This document shows, piece after piece, positions 1 through 9,537 of a stretch of 64,000 nt of DNA. This stretch comes from a virus: IMG/VR virus record IMGVR_UViG_3300029999_000002, positions 25,141-89,140 of that record. The stretch is one strand, 5' to 3'. The number at the start of each line of letters is the position of its first letter. Within the stretch, counting starts at the first letter, position 1. Position numbers and translations under genes: made by a program. The notes under the pieces were generated by a model. It was not told where the DNA came from. It saw only the letters and a list, made by a program, of their open reading frames with translations, and made no database searches.

Positions 1-100
1 TCAAGGTGGAGGAAACTTCAATTCTTTTCCATTGCCGTTTGGTGCAGCTTCACTCTTGAAGACCTATGAATTGTTTCCGCTTGGATACCCGAAGGGATAA
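1..100 (+). CDS. 3' end of head-tail connector protein (partial)
   Basis: Frame 2 open from the window edge (...PLPFGAASLLKTYELFPLGYPKG*), resembling gp6-type connector C-termini; directly upstream of the head-closure gene. Confidence 0.55.
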   Translation, partial: QGGGNFNSFPLPFGAASLLKTYELFPLGYPKG

Positions 101-106
101 ACAAAT

Positions 107-460
107 ATGCAAGCAGGAACCCTTCGACATCGCATCACAATTCAATCCCCTCCCCCTGCTTCAGGTGATCCGTTCGCGTCTCTGCCTTCAGGTTCTCCCC
201 CGGCATGGATACCTGTTGTCACTATGTGGGCAAGCATTTCTCCGCTGACTAGCAAGGAAGTCTTCCAGGCAGGCCAATTGAACATGAAGGTCAGCCATAA
301 AATCATGATCCGCTATCCAGGTGCAGCTTACACAGTGAGCGCCGGTGACCAGGTTGTGTTTGGATTCAGAGTTTTCAATCTTGCAACTGGGATCATCAAT
401 CCCGATGAGCGCAACATTGTGCTTGAACTTCTCGCCTATGAGATCACCGCTAACCAATAA
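107..460 (+). CDS. phage head-tail adaptor / head closure protein (SPP1 gp16-like)
   Basis: MQAGTLRHRITIQ start, WASISP and KIMIRY motifs; synteny. Confidence 0.85.
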   Translation: MQAGTLRHRITIQSPPPASGDPFASLPSGSPPAWIPVVTMWASISPLTSKEVFQAGQLNMKVSHKIMIRYPGAAYTVSAGDQVVFGFRVFNLATGIINPDERNIVLELLAYEITANQ

Positions 461-471
461 AGGAGGACCTC

Positions 472-906
472 ATGGACGTGCGTTGTGAAGTTCGACTGAA
501 TGGTATCGAGGAGATGCTCAATCAGATTGGACCCAAGCTGGCAAAGTCTCATCTCCGCAAGGCAATGAAGCAGTCAATGATGCTGATCGAGGCAGATGCC
601 AAAGCGAGAGCCCCGGTGGACACAGGCTCTCTCAGGGACTCGATCACTACTGTGACCGTGCTGAATGCTAACAAGGAGTCGGGAAGAGCCTCTGTAGGCC
701 CAGCAATGACACCTGGATTGAAGAAGTCTGGTAATGATCCCACACAAGACCCAGGGTTCTATGGTCGCCTTGTTGAGTTCGGCGTACCAAAGAGGAACAT
801 TCAGAAGCAGCCATTTTTGCGGCCTAGTTTTGACGCGCAGGCTGAGAACGTTGTGGCCAAGTTCGCAGAGGTTCTCAAAGAGGGTCTGTTGGAGGCAGTC
901 AAATGA
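472..906 (+). CDS. HK97 gp10-family tail component
   Basis: AKARAPVDTGSLRDSI, YGRLVEFG, QPFLRPSFD motifs; AGGAGG RBS. Confidence 0.9.
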   Translation: MDVRCEVRLNGIEEMLNQIGPKLAKSHLRKAMKQSMMLIEADAKARAPVDTGSLRDSITTVTVLNANKESGRASVGPAMTPGLKKSGNDPTQDPGFYGRLVEFGVPKRNIQKQPFLRPSFDAQAENVVAKFAEVLKEGLLEAVK

Positions 907-1331
907 CTCTAACGCCGCTCATCCTTCTTGAACAAGGCTTACTGCAGTTGCTGAAAGCCGACCCTGATGTATCTGGTTTCGCTACTGTAGCAGGAATCTT
1001 CCTGAACTCAGTACCAGAGACCGCTCCTGATCCCTCTTGTTGCTTCTCAAAAATCTCCGCAACACCGGATACCACGAATGATGGTCCGTCTGGTCTGAAT
1101 TTCAGGCGCTATCAGTTTGAAACATTCTCGAAAGACTACCCGACCGCTTTATTGCTTGCGGCATACATCCGCAAAGCAATCGACGGGTTCAGTGGAACTT
1201 TGCCGAATGGCAAGAGGGTATTCAACATCATCCGAGATAACGAGATTGATGGCTTTGATGATGTCACAGGTGAGAGCAGAGTGATCACTGACTACTTCAT
1301 TCACTATTTGGATGCGAACACTCTTGGCTAG
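903..1331 (+). CDS. tail terminator / completion protein (DUF3168-like)
   Basis: Position between gp10 and tail tube; RYQFETFS...A.LLA..IRKAIDG pattern; ATGA overlap. Confidence 0.75.
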   Translation: MTLTPLILLEQGLLQLLKADPDVSGFATVAGIFLNSVPETAPDPSCCFSKISATPDTTNDGPSGLNFRRYQFETFSKDYPTALLLAAYIRKAIDGFSGTLPNGKRVFNIIRDNEIDGFDDVTGESRVITDYFIHYLDANTLG

Positions 1332-1416
1332 TATCTCGCCGTAATCTCCGCACATTTTACCCAGTAACACCAACAGCCCACCTCAAGTGGGCCATTCAAG
1401 TTTAAGGACAAAACAC

Positions 1417-1875
1417 ATGGCCGATCTCGTCAGTAAAGCATTTACAGGAAAAGGAACAGTATTCTCCATCGGCACGGCCGGTGTCACTCCTACCTACACC
1501 GGGGTTAGTGAACTAAAGACGTTCTCTTTCTCTGGAACCAAAAATGATACGGAAGATGTCACCAACAGTGACTCGGCCGGTCGCGCACGTGAGTTCCTTG
1601 TGACTCTGCTCGATAGCGGTGAAATCTCGGTATCAGGCAACTACGTTGCTTCTGATGCTGGGCAGATCGCGTTTCGCGCAGCTTTCAATTCAGGCGTCAT
1701 TCTTCCTTTCAAGATTCAGCTTCCGCTTGCACCTGGTCAGACGACCCTTGGTGACTTGTTTACGTTTCTTGGTCTTGTTACTGAGAACGCACTTGATTTG
1801 CAGTTCGACAAGGCCACGTCGTTCGCGGGTAAGGTAAAAATTTCTGGTTTGATTACCTACACGGAAGGCTCTTAG
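1417..1875 (+). CDS. major tail (tube) protein
   Basis: EDVTNSDS...REFLVTLLDSGEISVSGNY motif; start moved to ATG 1417 after AAGGA RBS. Confidence 0.85.
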   Translation: MADLVSKAFTGKGTVFSIGTAGVTPTYTGVSELKTFSFSGTKNDTEDVTNSDSAGRAREFLVTLLDSGEISVSGNYVASDAGQIAFRAAFNSGVILPFKIQLPLAPGQTTLGDLFTFLGLVTENALDLQFDKATSFAGKVKISGLITYTEGS

Positions 1876-1883
1876 AAAATAAA

Positions 1884-1929
1884 GGGCTATTTATCAACTA
1901 CTTAGAAGGTAAATAGCCCAGTTGTTTTA
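1884..1929 (+). terminator. stem-loop after tail tube gene (probable attenuating terminator)
   Basis: GGGCTATTTA (1884-1893) / TAAATAGCCC (1910-1919) inverted repeat followed by GTTGTTTT. Confidence 0.5.
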
Positions 1930-1970
1930 CCGAAACACAAAATTAGAAACACCCAAGGACATTACACCCA

Positions 1971-2354
1971 ATGGCATCTCGCAAGTCAGTAGCAGGCATT
2001 CCCGGTAAAGACCCAACTCTTCCCAACGTCCCACTCGAACTCAATGGCAAGGTGTATCACTTGGCATTCAGTTTTAATGCGATGGCGAAGGTTGAAGAAC
2101 TCACTGGTCTTAAATTGCTGAACGCAATTGAGTTCAATGACCTCAGCGTCACCCAGTATAGAGCCCTCCTGTTCTCTGCCCTGCTTACCGAGAACCCAGA
2201 CATCACACTCGAAGAGGTGGGCAACTTGATCAACCTCAAGACGTTGGCGCCTATCACTGTTGCTCTCGTCCATGCGTGGACAGGAAGCCAGCCTGAGGTG
2301 GTTGCCCTAGGCAAAGATGAAAACCCTCCAGTGGAGCAGCCGGCCCAGAGTTAA
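1971..2354 (+). CDS. tail assembly chaperone (lambda gpG-like)
   Basis: Between tube and tape measure genes; slippery heptamer near the 3' end. Confidence 0.8.
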   Translation: MASRKSVAGIPGKDPTLPNVPLELNGKVYHLAFSFNAMAKVEELTGLKLLNAIEFNDLSVTQYRALLFSALLTENPDITLEEVGNLINLKTLAPITVALVHAWTGSQPEVVALGKDENPPVEQPAQS

Positions 2355-2719
2355 GCCCTGCTGCTCATTGGTCGCTCCTGTGGTCGATGGCGAGATTTGA
2401 TCTGCGCCTAAGTGATGATGAGTTCTTCTCACTTACGCCCAGGCAATTCTGGGCGCTCACCCAGAGGAAAAAAGAAGAGAACGAGCGCGCCGAACTACTA
2501 ATGGGGATTCAGACCTCAGTTCTCGCCAATCACTCAATGAGTCCTCCGAAGAAGCCATACGCGCCCCATGACTTCATGCCCTCAAAGCAGAAAGAAAAGG
2601 TGCAGAAGCCGAAGCGCTTCAATAGGCAGAAGTTTGCAAACGAGATCCGAACAGTCATGAAGATGCTGCCTGCGGATAGAGTGAAGTTCATTCCCGCTGC
2701 ACCCAAGACTGAAGACTAG
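2321..2719 (+). CDS. tail assembly chaperone -1 frameshift extension (gpT-like)
   Basis: A AAC CCT (2321-2327) fits X XXY YYZ; the -1 frame is open from 2321 into ORF 2387-2719 with the FFSLTPRQF motif. Confidence 0.75.
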   Translation, partial: KPSSGAAGPELSPAAHWSLLWSMARFDLRLSDDEFFSLTPRQFWALTQRKKEENERAELLMGIQTSVLANHSMSPPKKPYAPHDFMPSKQKEKVQKPKRFNRQKFANEIRTVMKMLPADRVKFIPAAPKTED

Positions 2720-2728
2720 GAGGAAGCC

Positions 2729-3499
2729 ATGCTCGACCCAGAAAGCGGCATCGAGTATGGCTTTATCTACCGACTGACAAATACGGTCAATGGGAAGGTC
2801 TACATAGGGCAAACCCTGTACTCCGTGAAGAGGCGCTGGCAGGGCCATTGTCAAGTTGCTGGAAAGAATCCTAAGTGGAGATTATCCAAGGCAATTGTAA
2901 AGTATGGTGCGGAAGTCTTCAAAGTTGAAGCATTAGCTTACATACCAGGAACGTGGCTTAATCATGTTGAGACAGCCTGCATTGACATTTATGACTCGAT
3001 GAGGAATGGCTACAACATGCGCGCCGATGGTAGCAGGATCTCGCCCGATGTTCGGAAGAGGATGAGTGAAGCGCATATTGGTAGGCCCTCTAATCGCAAA
3101 GGCAAGAAGAATGATCCAGTACAGATGGAAGCCCTTAGACAATCCAATATAGGTCGGTTAGCTTCCCCAGAGACAAAAGCAAAGATGGCTGCCTCCCAAC
3201 GGGCTCGGCGTATATCTAGTCCTGAATCCTATAAGAAATCAGATGAGCAAAAGGAACGTGCGAGGGTCACCCAGACAGGAAAGAGGATGTCTGCTGAGAC
3301 TTTGGTTCGCATGAGTCTTGCAAAACTAGGTAAGACGAAGAGTGAAGAGACCAAACAGAGAATGAAGGATGCCTGGAAGCTCCGCGCTCCACGTAAGCCT
3401 ATAACGGATGAACAGAGACGCAACCTGAGTGTAGCCATTCAAGCAGCGTGGGATAGGCGAAGAGCCGCTAAGGAGATCGTCCAATGTCAATCCGTCTAG
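2729..3499 (+). CDS. GIY-YIG homing endonuclease with NUMOD3-like repeats
   Basis: GFIYRLTNTVNGKVYIGQT, GYN motif, repeated S.ETK.KMS segments. Confidence 0.9.
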   Translation: MLDPESGIEYGFIYRLTNTVNGKVYIGQTLYSVKRRWQGHCQVAGKNPKWRLSKAIVKYGAEVFKVEALAYIPGTWLNHVETACIDIYDSMRNGYNMRADGSRISPDVRKRMSEAHIGRPSNRKGKKNDPVQMEALRQSNIGRLASPETKAKMAASQRARRISSPESYKKSDEQKERARVTQTGKRMSAETLVRMSLAKLGKTKSEETKQRMKDAWKLRAPRKPITDEQRRNLSVAIQAAWDRRRAAKEIVQCQSV

Positions 3500-6400
3500 G
3501 CCAAATTGTTGTCGATCTTACGGCGAACACTGTGTCATTTTCGCAAGGAATGGACAAAGCATCACAGATTGCGCTCAACAGTTCTAAGAATATTCAGCGT
3601 TCTCTCAACATGGTATCCGTAAGCGCAGCCGCAATGGCTTCCTCCATTATTGGATCGTTTACGATTGCTATTGACAAAGCTCAGAACTTTGCATTCCAGA
3701 TTCAGAAGTCTGCACAGCAAGTAGGCTCCAGTTCCGAGATGTTCTCCAAGCTTGCATACAATGCAAAGCTCGTCGGTACGCCGATGGAAACACTCTCGAT
3801 GGCCATGATGAGAATGGCTAGAACGTCGACTGCTGCTCAGGCTGGTACCAAAGAGTCAATTGGAGCCTATGCTGCACTCGGTATCACGGTCAAGATGCTC
3901 CAAGGTCCTCTCAAGGACTCTGGTAACCTCTTCGTTGCTGTTGCCAAGGGCCTAGATAAGTATGCTGACTCCAGCGCCAAGACTGGACTGGAGCAGAAGC
4001 TCCTGGGTCGCTCTGGCGCCATGTTGGCACCTCTCCTGAAACAAGTTGCTACCGGATTTGACACAGCTTCTCAAGCAGCTACTATCTTCGGGGTAGTCGT
4101 TGGTGACAAGGCTGCTGCCCAGGCACTCCAACTGCACCAATCTCTGGAGATGCTGGAATCAATCTCAATGGGCTTTGCTCTCAGATTGCTAACAGGTGTG
4201 TCGCCTGCTCTGCAGGATGCAGCCAGTAAGATCATCAAGTTTGCAACAAGTGCCAACGGCATGAAGACAGTGGCGAACATCGCTGAAGGCATCTCGAAGA
4301 CAATCTATGGTGTGGGTAATGCTTTTGTGTTTCTGGTGCAGCACGCTGGGGCAGTGAAAGCTATTCTGGAAGGTATAGTTGCCGTCAAGGTAGCCTCGTT
4401 CTTCATTCCTCTGATTGCCAGTGCTGCTACAGCAGACGGTGCCCTCGTGGGTATGGGCATGGCTGCTGTAGCAGCAGTTGGAAGAGTATCAGGCATTGGA
4501 GCAATCGCCAGGGTATTTGTACCAATCATCGCTGGAGCGTGGGGAACGACAACCGCGCTGCTCAGTCTTGCAGCCAGTGAAGGTGTTGCTGCGACCGCGT
4601 CCTATGCGTTTAGCACGGCATTCGGTTCCATCAAGGCTGCCCTGGTAGCAAACCCGATCACAGCCATTCTGGTTGGTTCGTTTGCGGTACTCGCTGGGGT
4701 CTTCCATAGCACGCTGAAGGAAGCACAGAGCCTATCTGGTGGCGCAGCACAGTCCACGGACATCTGGACAGCTGCAATCAACCAGTTGACAGACAAGTAC
4801 CGGATGCTCCATCTTGCGATGGACAAGGTAACAGGCAAGCCGCTCACAATTGATGACAAGAGCGCACAGGACACGATTGCCAAGTATGGTCTACTCGGTA
4901 AGACCATGGCTCAGGCCACGGCTGATGCAGCAAAGGATCGTCAGGCTGCACAATCAAAGTCACAAGCAGATGCTCCAAAGCTTCCTGATACCAGGCCTGA
5001 TGCCCCAGTTGTTCCCAAGGCTGCTTCCGATAAGACAGACCACCTAAAGTTGAAGATGCTTGAACTGGCTGAAGCGGCTAAAGCTGCTCACCAGACGCTG
5101 GCTGATGCCGGCAAGGGTGTGGACTTCGAGCGCGCCGGGGACATCACCAAAGAGTACACGAAGGTCATTGCTGAACTCGACCCACAACTCAAGAAGCTGA
5201 ACGCAACACAGCGTGCAGCGGCCGAGGCTGCGATCAAGGCGAGTGTCACGACCATTGTCAATGATAACTCTCAGGCAAAGTACAAAGATGAACTCGACAA
5301 ATCCACTGATTCCCTTCTGGGACAGGCTGCTGCACAGCGGATACTCACTGATGCCATTGGCAAGGGTGCTGCTGCTGTTCGCGCTGCACAAATGGCAGCT
5401 GCAGCCGCGCAGAGGGATCAGGGTAAGAGCAAGGACTGGGCAGCCGCTAATTCTGGATTGCTCAAGACGAACGATGATGCCACGCAGGCTGTCAAGGATC
5501 AGTCGAATGATACCACTGACAAGACAAACCTGCTAGGAATCACGCGTCAGATTGATGCTCAGAAATTGCTCAATGCGGCAATCATGCAGGGCAAGGAAGC
5601 AAGAGAACAAGCTGCTCAGACCAACGAGGAGCAGTCTCTCCGCAATGCCTACGCTGATCGCGGTGATAAGGACAAAGATGGTTCCCTTGAGTCGCAGCTT
5701 GCGATGAACAAGGAACTATTCAACATCAAGAAGCAAGAGGCTGCTCTGGAGAGCGCCCGTGCGATGAATCCTGCTGCAGTTTATCAGGAAGAAGCAATGG
5801 CGCTGGAACGTGTCGCTAAGGCCGCGCGTGATGCTGGGCAGGCTGTTGACACTATGCAGCTTGCTGCTGCCAGCAAACGAAGCTGGGATGAATATCTGTC
5901 ATCTGTTGATAGAGTGAATCTGGCTGTTGGTAATCTTGGTGACGGTGTTGGTACCTTCTTCCGGCAGATGGCAAGAGAGACTGAATCGGCTGCTCAGCAG
6001 ATACACGATGTGCTCTCTAAGGCTTTCGATTCGATCAATGATGTGCTTGTGAGAATGTTGGACGGGCAAAAGAACAGTTTTGCTCAATTCTTCCGTTCTA
6101 TCTCGCAGCAGTTAGCCAAGATTGCACTTCAGAAGACTGAGGCTGCAGTTGCTGGCTCTATTACCAAGGCTATAGGCAGTGGAGACCACACGAAGCCCAC
6201 AGGCCCAGCCAGTGGCATTATGGCTGCGCTGACAGGTGGTAACAAGCAGGGTCCAAACCCGCTCATCGCATTACAGAAGACCGCTAACGATTACCTGAAG
6301 ATGATTGCAGAGAAGATGACTGCTGCGACGGGTACCGGAACTGGAACGACAGCTGGTGCCGTAGCTCCCCCAGCGGGTGCTGTAGGTGCTGGTCTGGGAG

Positions 6401-6801
6401 CCATAACAGGTGGTCTGAGTACGTCAAGCAATTCAGCAGTGGGTACAACGGCATCTGCTGTGCGAGGGTTCCTTCCTCTACTCAGCCTGATCCCAGGCAT
6501 GCCAACAGGTCTGTTTGGTGGTCACTTCGCCACTGGTGGTGATGTAACGGCCGGCATGTCATATGACGTGGGCGAGATGGGACGTGAGACGTTCACTCCT
6601 TCTGTGAATGGACGAATCACTCCTAACAGCAAGTTGGGCGGTGGTCACACGATCAACATTGATGCTCGTGGTGCAAATGATCCAGCGCAGGTTAACGCAG
6701 CTGTGCACCGTGCCATGGCTCAGTATGGACCGCTGCTGGTCAAGGCAAGTGCAACAAGCCAGCATGATCGGCAACGAAGAATGCCGAGTGGTAGTAGGTA
6801 A
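3484..6801 (+). CDS. tail tape measure protein
   Basis: 1105 aa Ala-rich helical ORF after the chaperones; C-terminal FATGGDV...VGEMGRETFTP motif. Confidence 0.92.
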   Translation: MSIRLGQIVVDLTANTVSFSQGMDKASQIALNSSKNIQRSLNMVSVSAAAMASSIIGSFTIAIDKAQNFAFQIQKSAQQVGSSSEMFSKLAYNAKLVGTPMETLSMAMMRMARTSTAAQAGTKESIGAYAALGITVKMLQGPLKDSGNLFVAVAKGLDKYADSSAKTGLEQKLLGRSGAMLAPLLKQVATGFDTASQAATIFGVVVGDKAAAQALQLHQSLEMLESISMGFALRLLTGVSPALQDAASKIIKFATSANGMKTVANIAEGISKTIYGVGNAFVFLVQHAGAVKAILEGIVAVKVASFFIPLIASAATADGALVGMGMAAVAAVGRVSGIGAIARVFVPIIAGAWGTTTALLSLAASEGVAATASYAFSTAFGSIKAALVANPITAILVGSFAVLAGVFHSTLKEAQSLSGGAAQSTDIWTAAINQLTDKYRMLHLAMDKVTGKPLTIDDKSAQDTIAKYGLLGKTMAQATADAAKDRQAAQSKSQADAPKLPDTRPDAPVVPKAASDKTDHLKLKMLELAEAAKAAHQTLADAGKGVDFERAGDITKEYTKVIAELDPQLKKLNATQRAAAEAAIKASVTTIVNDNSQAKYKDELDKSTDSLLGQAAAQRILTDAIGKGAAAVRAAQMAAAAAQRDQGKSKDWAAANSGLLKTNDDATQAVKDQSNDTTDKTNLLGITRQIDAQKLLNAAIMQGKEAREQAAQTNEEQSLRNAYADRGDKDKDGSLESQLAMNKELFNIKKQEAALESARAMNPAAVYQEEAMALERVAKAARDAGQAVDTMQLAAASKRSWDEYLSSVDRVNLAVGNLGDGVGTFFRQMARETESAAQQIHDVLSKAFDSINDVLVRMLDGQKNSFAQFFRSISQQLAKIALQKTEAAVAGSITKAIGSGDHTKPTGPASGIMAALTGGNKQGPNPLIALQKTANDYLKMIAEKMTAATGTGTGTTAGAVAPPAGAVGAGLGAITGGLSTSSNSAVGTTASAVRGFLPLLSLIPGMPTGLFGGHFATGGDVTAGMSYDVGEMGRETFTPSVNGRITPNSKLGGGHTINIDARGANDPAQVNAAVHRAMAQYGPLLVKASATSQHDRQRRMPSGSR

Positions 6802-6809
6802 ACAAAAGA

Positions 6810-6832
6810 CCCACCGTGACTATACCGGTGGG
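6810..6832 (+). repeat. hairpin repeat A1
   Basis: CCCACCG-TGACTATAC-CGGTGGG; near-copy at 8799-8821. Confidence 0.7.
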
Positions 6833-6850
6833 CACGCATTGGAGACATAA

Positions 6851-8770
6851 ATGAAGAAGCTGATGACACTGCTGTTTGCAGTCGTGATGTTGTTTGGTGC
6901 ACAGTATGCGCGCGCAACAGGACCCGCTGGGACACTCAATGTCGTGGCTTACAACGTCCTGGATTCAACGGGGACTCCGCTCGTTAGTGGTACTGTGTAC
7001 TTCGCGCCAGTGGATGGCAGTGGTAACCCTTTGTCATACAGGCTGGGCAGCTTGGGGCAGGCAATAAGTTCTCCGGTCTCGGCGCCAATTGTCAATGGAG
7101 CTTTTTCACTCAATCTTCCTAACGTATCGCTCACAAACCCTGTGAACGTTTGCTTCAACACGACAATCATCAATAATAGCAATGGGCAGAGTGTGCTGGG
7201 CGGAGGATATACTTGTGTCCAACCAAATCCCTCATTGGGGTGGTGCAATACAACGACTTGCGACTTTGATAACTATCCCCCAAACGAAGCGGGTATTGGG
7301 ATCGTCTACCCTGCTACTGTTTCAATTGGCACTGTGACGACAGGAACGCCTGGGTCTTCGGCGTCTGCAACAATGAGTGGTACACCTTCAGCAGCTGTCT
7401 TGAATCTCACGTTGCCTCAGGGCATTCAAGGACCGATAGGCGCTCCTACCAGTGGCGTCAATTTGTCTACAACTTCTTTGCAGATGATGCTTGGCCCTTT
7501 GAATAGTGCCGGGTTCAATGGTCTTGTAAATGCTGCTGTGCTGACAGGTTCAGACATCGGTGCAAAGATCAATAGCTTCGGCCCAACCGGAACACTATGG
7601 ATTCCCGAAGGCACTTATAGCTTTTCCACGCCTATCTCCATCACACTCACCAACACGAATAATTTGCATATCATCTGTGCCTCACACAACACTATCCTGA
7701 ATTACACGGGAACGGGTGACGCAGTATATGTAAATGGGCAATTAGCCAATGGACAGTTTCACATGGAGAACTGCCAGCTTAACGGTAACTCCGGTGCAAC
7801 AAACGGTGTCCACTTATTTGACACAGCAAATGCAAGATTAACAAACATGGTGGTTTCAGGATTCACTCTTGGTTCTGGTATATATGGCCAGGGATCTCTG
7901 CTGGGTATGTTTATTGGCAATGGAGTGACGAGCAACAAGTATGGTGTGCGGTTGCAACCCGATACCACTAACAATTATGCAGCCAACCGCAATAGTGTTA
8001 TAGGGGGCTCGCTTGGGTACAACACATCCTTTAATTTTTGGGATGAGGGAAACTCCAGCAACTATGGTGGGGATAGCAGTAATGTCTTGGATGGTGTAAC
8101 GCTAGAAGAGAACGCTAATGTTGTTCAGTTCCTGGTTGAAGGTACATGGAACGATGCTATCGTAAATAGCTATATTGAAAACAATTTTGGCACATCTACA
8201 TCCAGTTTACCCACCGGAATTGTAGGCAACATTGCGAGCAGTGGGTACGGGTCCAATGCAACATACACGGCAGTTGATTTTTCGTTCTCCAATAATTATG
8301 TAACTTCAGTATTAGCCGGGTCAGGGTTTGTCACTGAGACTTTACTTGCGGAGAACACAACTGCATTAACTGTGACAACTATATCTGACACGGGATCTCC
8401 TAGTTACTTTGTAAACTTCAACGCTAGCGGTACTAATTCCTATACATCAATTGGAGTTTCTGAGGACAGTTGGAAAACTGCACCCTACTTGAATTTACCG
8501 ACAGATGCGATAGCTTGGACGTTTCAGCAGACACCAGGGTCTTCAGGGTTTACAGGGTCACCAACAGGATTGATTCTGGGTAGCTTGACAACGACAAAGA
8601 CGGTCTCAAATGCCCTCATCCAGAATGGTGCAGCGCCTACAGTGGGTAGTGGTCAGATTTCTATTGGTGCTACTACAAATGGGGCCGCAGCATGTGGTTC
8701 TATTGTTGGAGCGGCCGGTTGCATTGTTTTCAATCTAGGTGGGGTAACTCACTATTTCCCTTACTGGTAG
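6851..8770 (+). CDS. signal-peptide-bearing tailspike/fibre-like protein with beta-helix (pectin-lyase-like) domain, paralog 1
   Basis: MKKLMTLLFAVVMLFGAQYARA signal peptide; short G-X-Y segment; GTLWIPEGTY and Asn/Gly-rich beta-helix repeats; ends GCIVFNLGGVTHYFPYW. Confidence 0.65.
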   Translation: MKKLMTLLFAVVMLFGAQYARATGPAGTLNVVAYNVLDSTGTPLVSGTVYFAPVDGSGNPLSYRLGSLGQAISSPVSAPIVNGAFSLNLPNVSLTNPVNVCFNTTIINNSNGQSVLGGGYTCVQPNPSLGWCNTTTCDFDNYPPNEAGIGIVYPATVSIGTVTTGTPGSSASATMSGTPSAAVLNLTLPQGIQGPIGAPTSGVNLSTTSLQMMLGPLNSAGFNGLVNAAVLTGSDIGAKINSFGPTGTLWIPEGTYSFSTPISITLTNTNNLHIICASHNTILNYTGTGDAVYVNGQLANGQFHMENCQLNGNSGATNGVHLFDTANARLTNMVVSGFTLGSGIYGQGSLLGMFIGNGVTSNKYGVRLQPDTTNNYAANRNSVIGGSLGYNTSFNFWDEGNSSNYGGDSSNVLDGVTLEENANVVQFLVEGTWNDAIVNSYIENNFGTSTSSLPTGIVGNIASSGYGSNATYTAVDFSFSNNYVTSVLAGSGFVTETLLAENTTALTVTTISDTGSPSYFVNFNASGTNSYTSIGVSEDSWKTAPYLNLPTDAIAWTFQQTPGSSGFTGSPTGLILGSLTTTKTVSNALIQNGAAPTVGSGQISIGATTNGAAACGSIVGAAGCIVFNLGGVTHYFPYW

Positions 8771-8794
8771 TAGCTGTTCTTAGCCTGATCAATC

Positions 8795-8832
8795 AAAGCC
8801 CACTGTGAGTATCCCGGTGGGCTTTTTGTTTT
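8795..8832 (+). terminator. intrinsic terminator (hairpin repeat A2)
   Basis: AAAGCCCACTG-TGAGTATCC-CGGTGGGCTTT followed by TTGTTTT. Confidence 0.75.
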
Positions 8833-8879
8833 AACCACCGCTTATCGCGGAAAAGGGGATCGCCATCACATACCAACCT

Positions 8880-9536
8880 ATGACCATTCCGGACTTCACA
8901 GCGGTCACTGTGTTCAACGGCTGGAACGTGATGCCGATGCCTCTCTATCCCGGCTTCAGAGATGTTGAGTTCACAGTCAATGACACGGTGGCGCAGGTTG
9001 CCAACCCATTCACGCAGCAGAGTCAGTTTCAATCATGGCCCGGTGGTGACTTTTGGGCTGGAACACTCACACTTCCCAAGATGAATCGTGCCTCGGCCGC
9101 TCAGTGGATTGCATTCCTGATGGCAGCACGAGGCTCAGCTAATTGCTTCCTGGTGGGTGACCCTTCCATGAAGAACCCACAGGGATCTCCCACAGGCTCC
9201 ATGGTGGCCAACACGACTGGCTCTAACAACGCAGCCATGACTACTTCCCTGTTCGTCTCTGGCCTCGTAGCGCTATCCACTCGCAACCTCCTGCCTGGAG
9301 ATCAGATTCAGGTTGGTAACAGGCTGCACACATGTTTGAACACGGTGAACGCTGATGCAAGTGGTAATGCCAACATCGGAATTTGGCCAAGCCTCAGAGA
9401 GATTCCAACTAATGGAGAGGCCATTATCACCAACCATCCAAAGGGACTCTTCAGATTGGCGACTAACGCGCGCACATGGAGTGTAGATGAGACTCGTCTG
9501 TTCGGGTTGAGCTTCAAGATTGTAGAGGCCAAATAG
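8880..9536 (+). CDS. distal tail protein-like
   Basis: First conserved tail-tip gene after the TMP region; NPFT.Q.Q..WPG..W pattern; possible ATC start at 8865. Confidence 0.6.
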   Translation: MTIPDFTAVTVFNGWNVMPMPLYPGFRDVEFTVNDTVAQVANPFTQQSQFQSWPGGDFWAGTLTLPKMNRASAAQWIAFLMAARGSANCFLVGDPSMKNPQGSPTGSMVANTTGSNNAAMTTSLFVSGLVALSTRNLLPGDQIQVGNRLHTCLNTVNADASGNANIGIWPSLREIPTNGEAIITNHPKGLFRLATNARTWSVDETRLFGLSFKIVEAK

Positions 9537-9537
9537 C

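Noticed and set aside
1892-1904. IHF consensus TATCAACTACTTA in the hairpin after the tail tube gene
   Set aside because: A single short match with no supporting context; could be chance.
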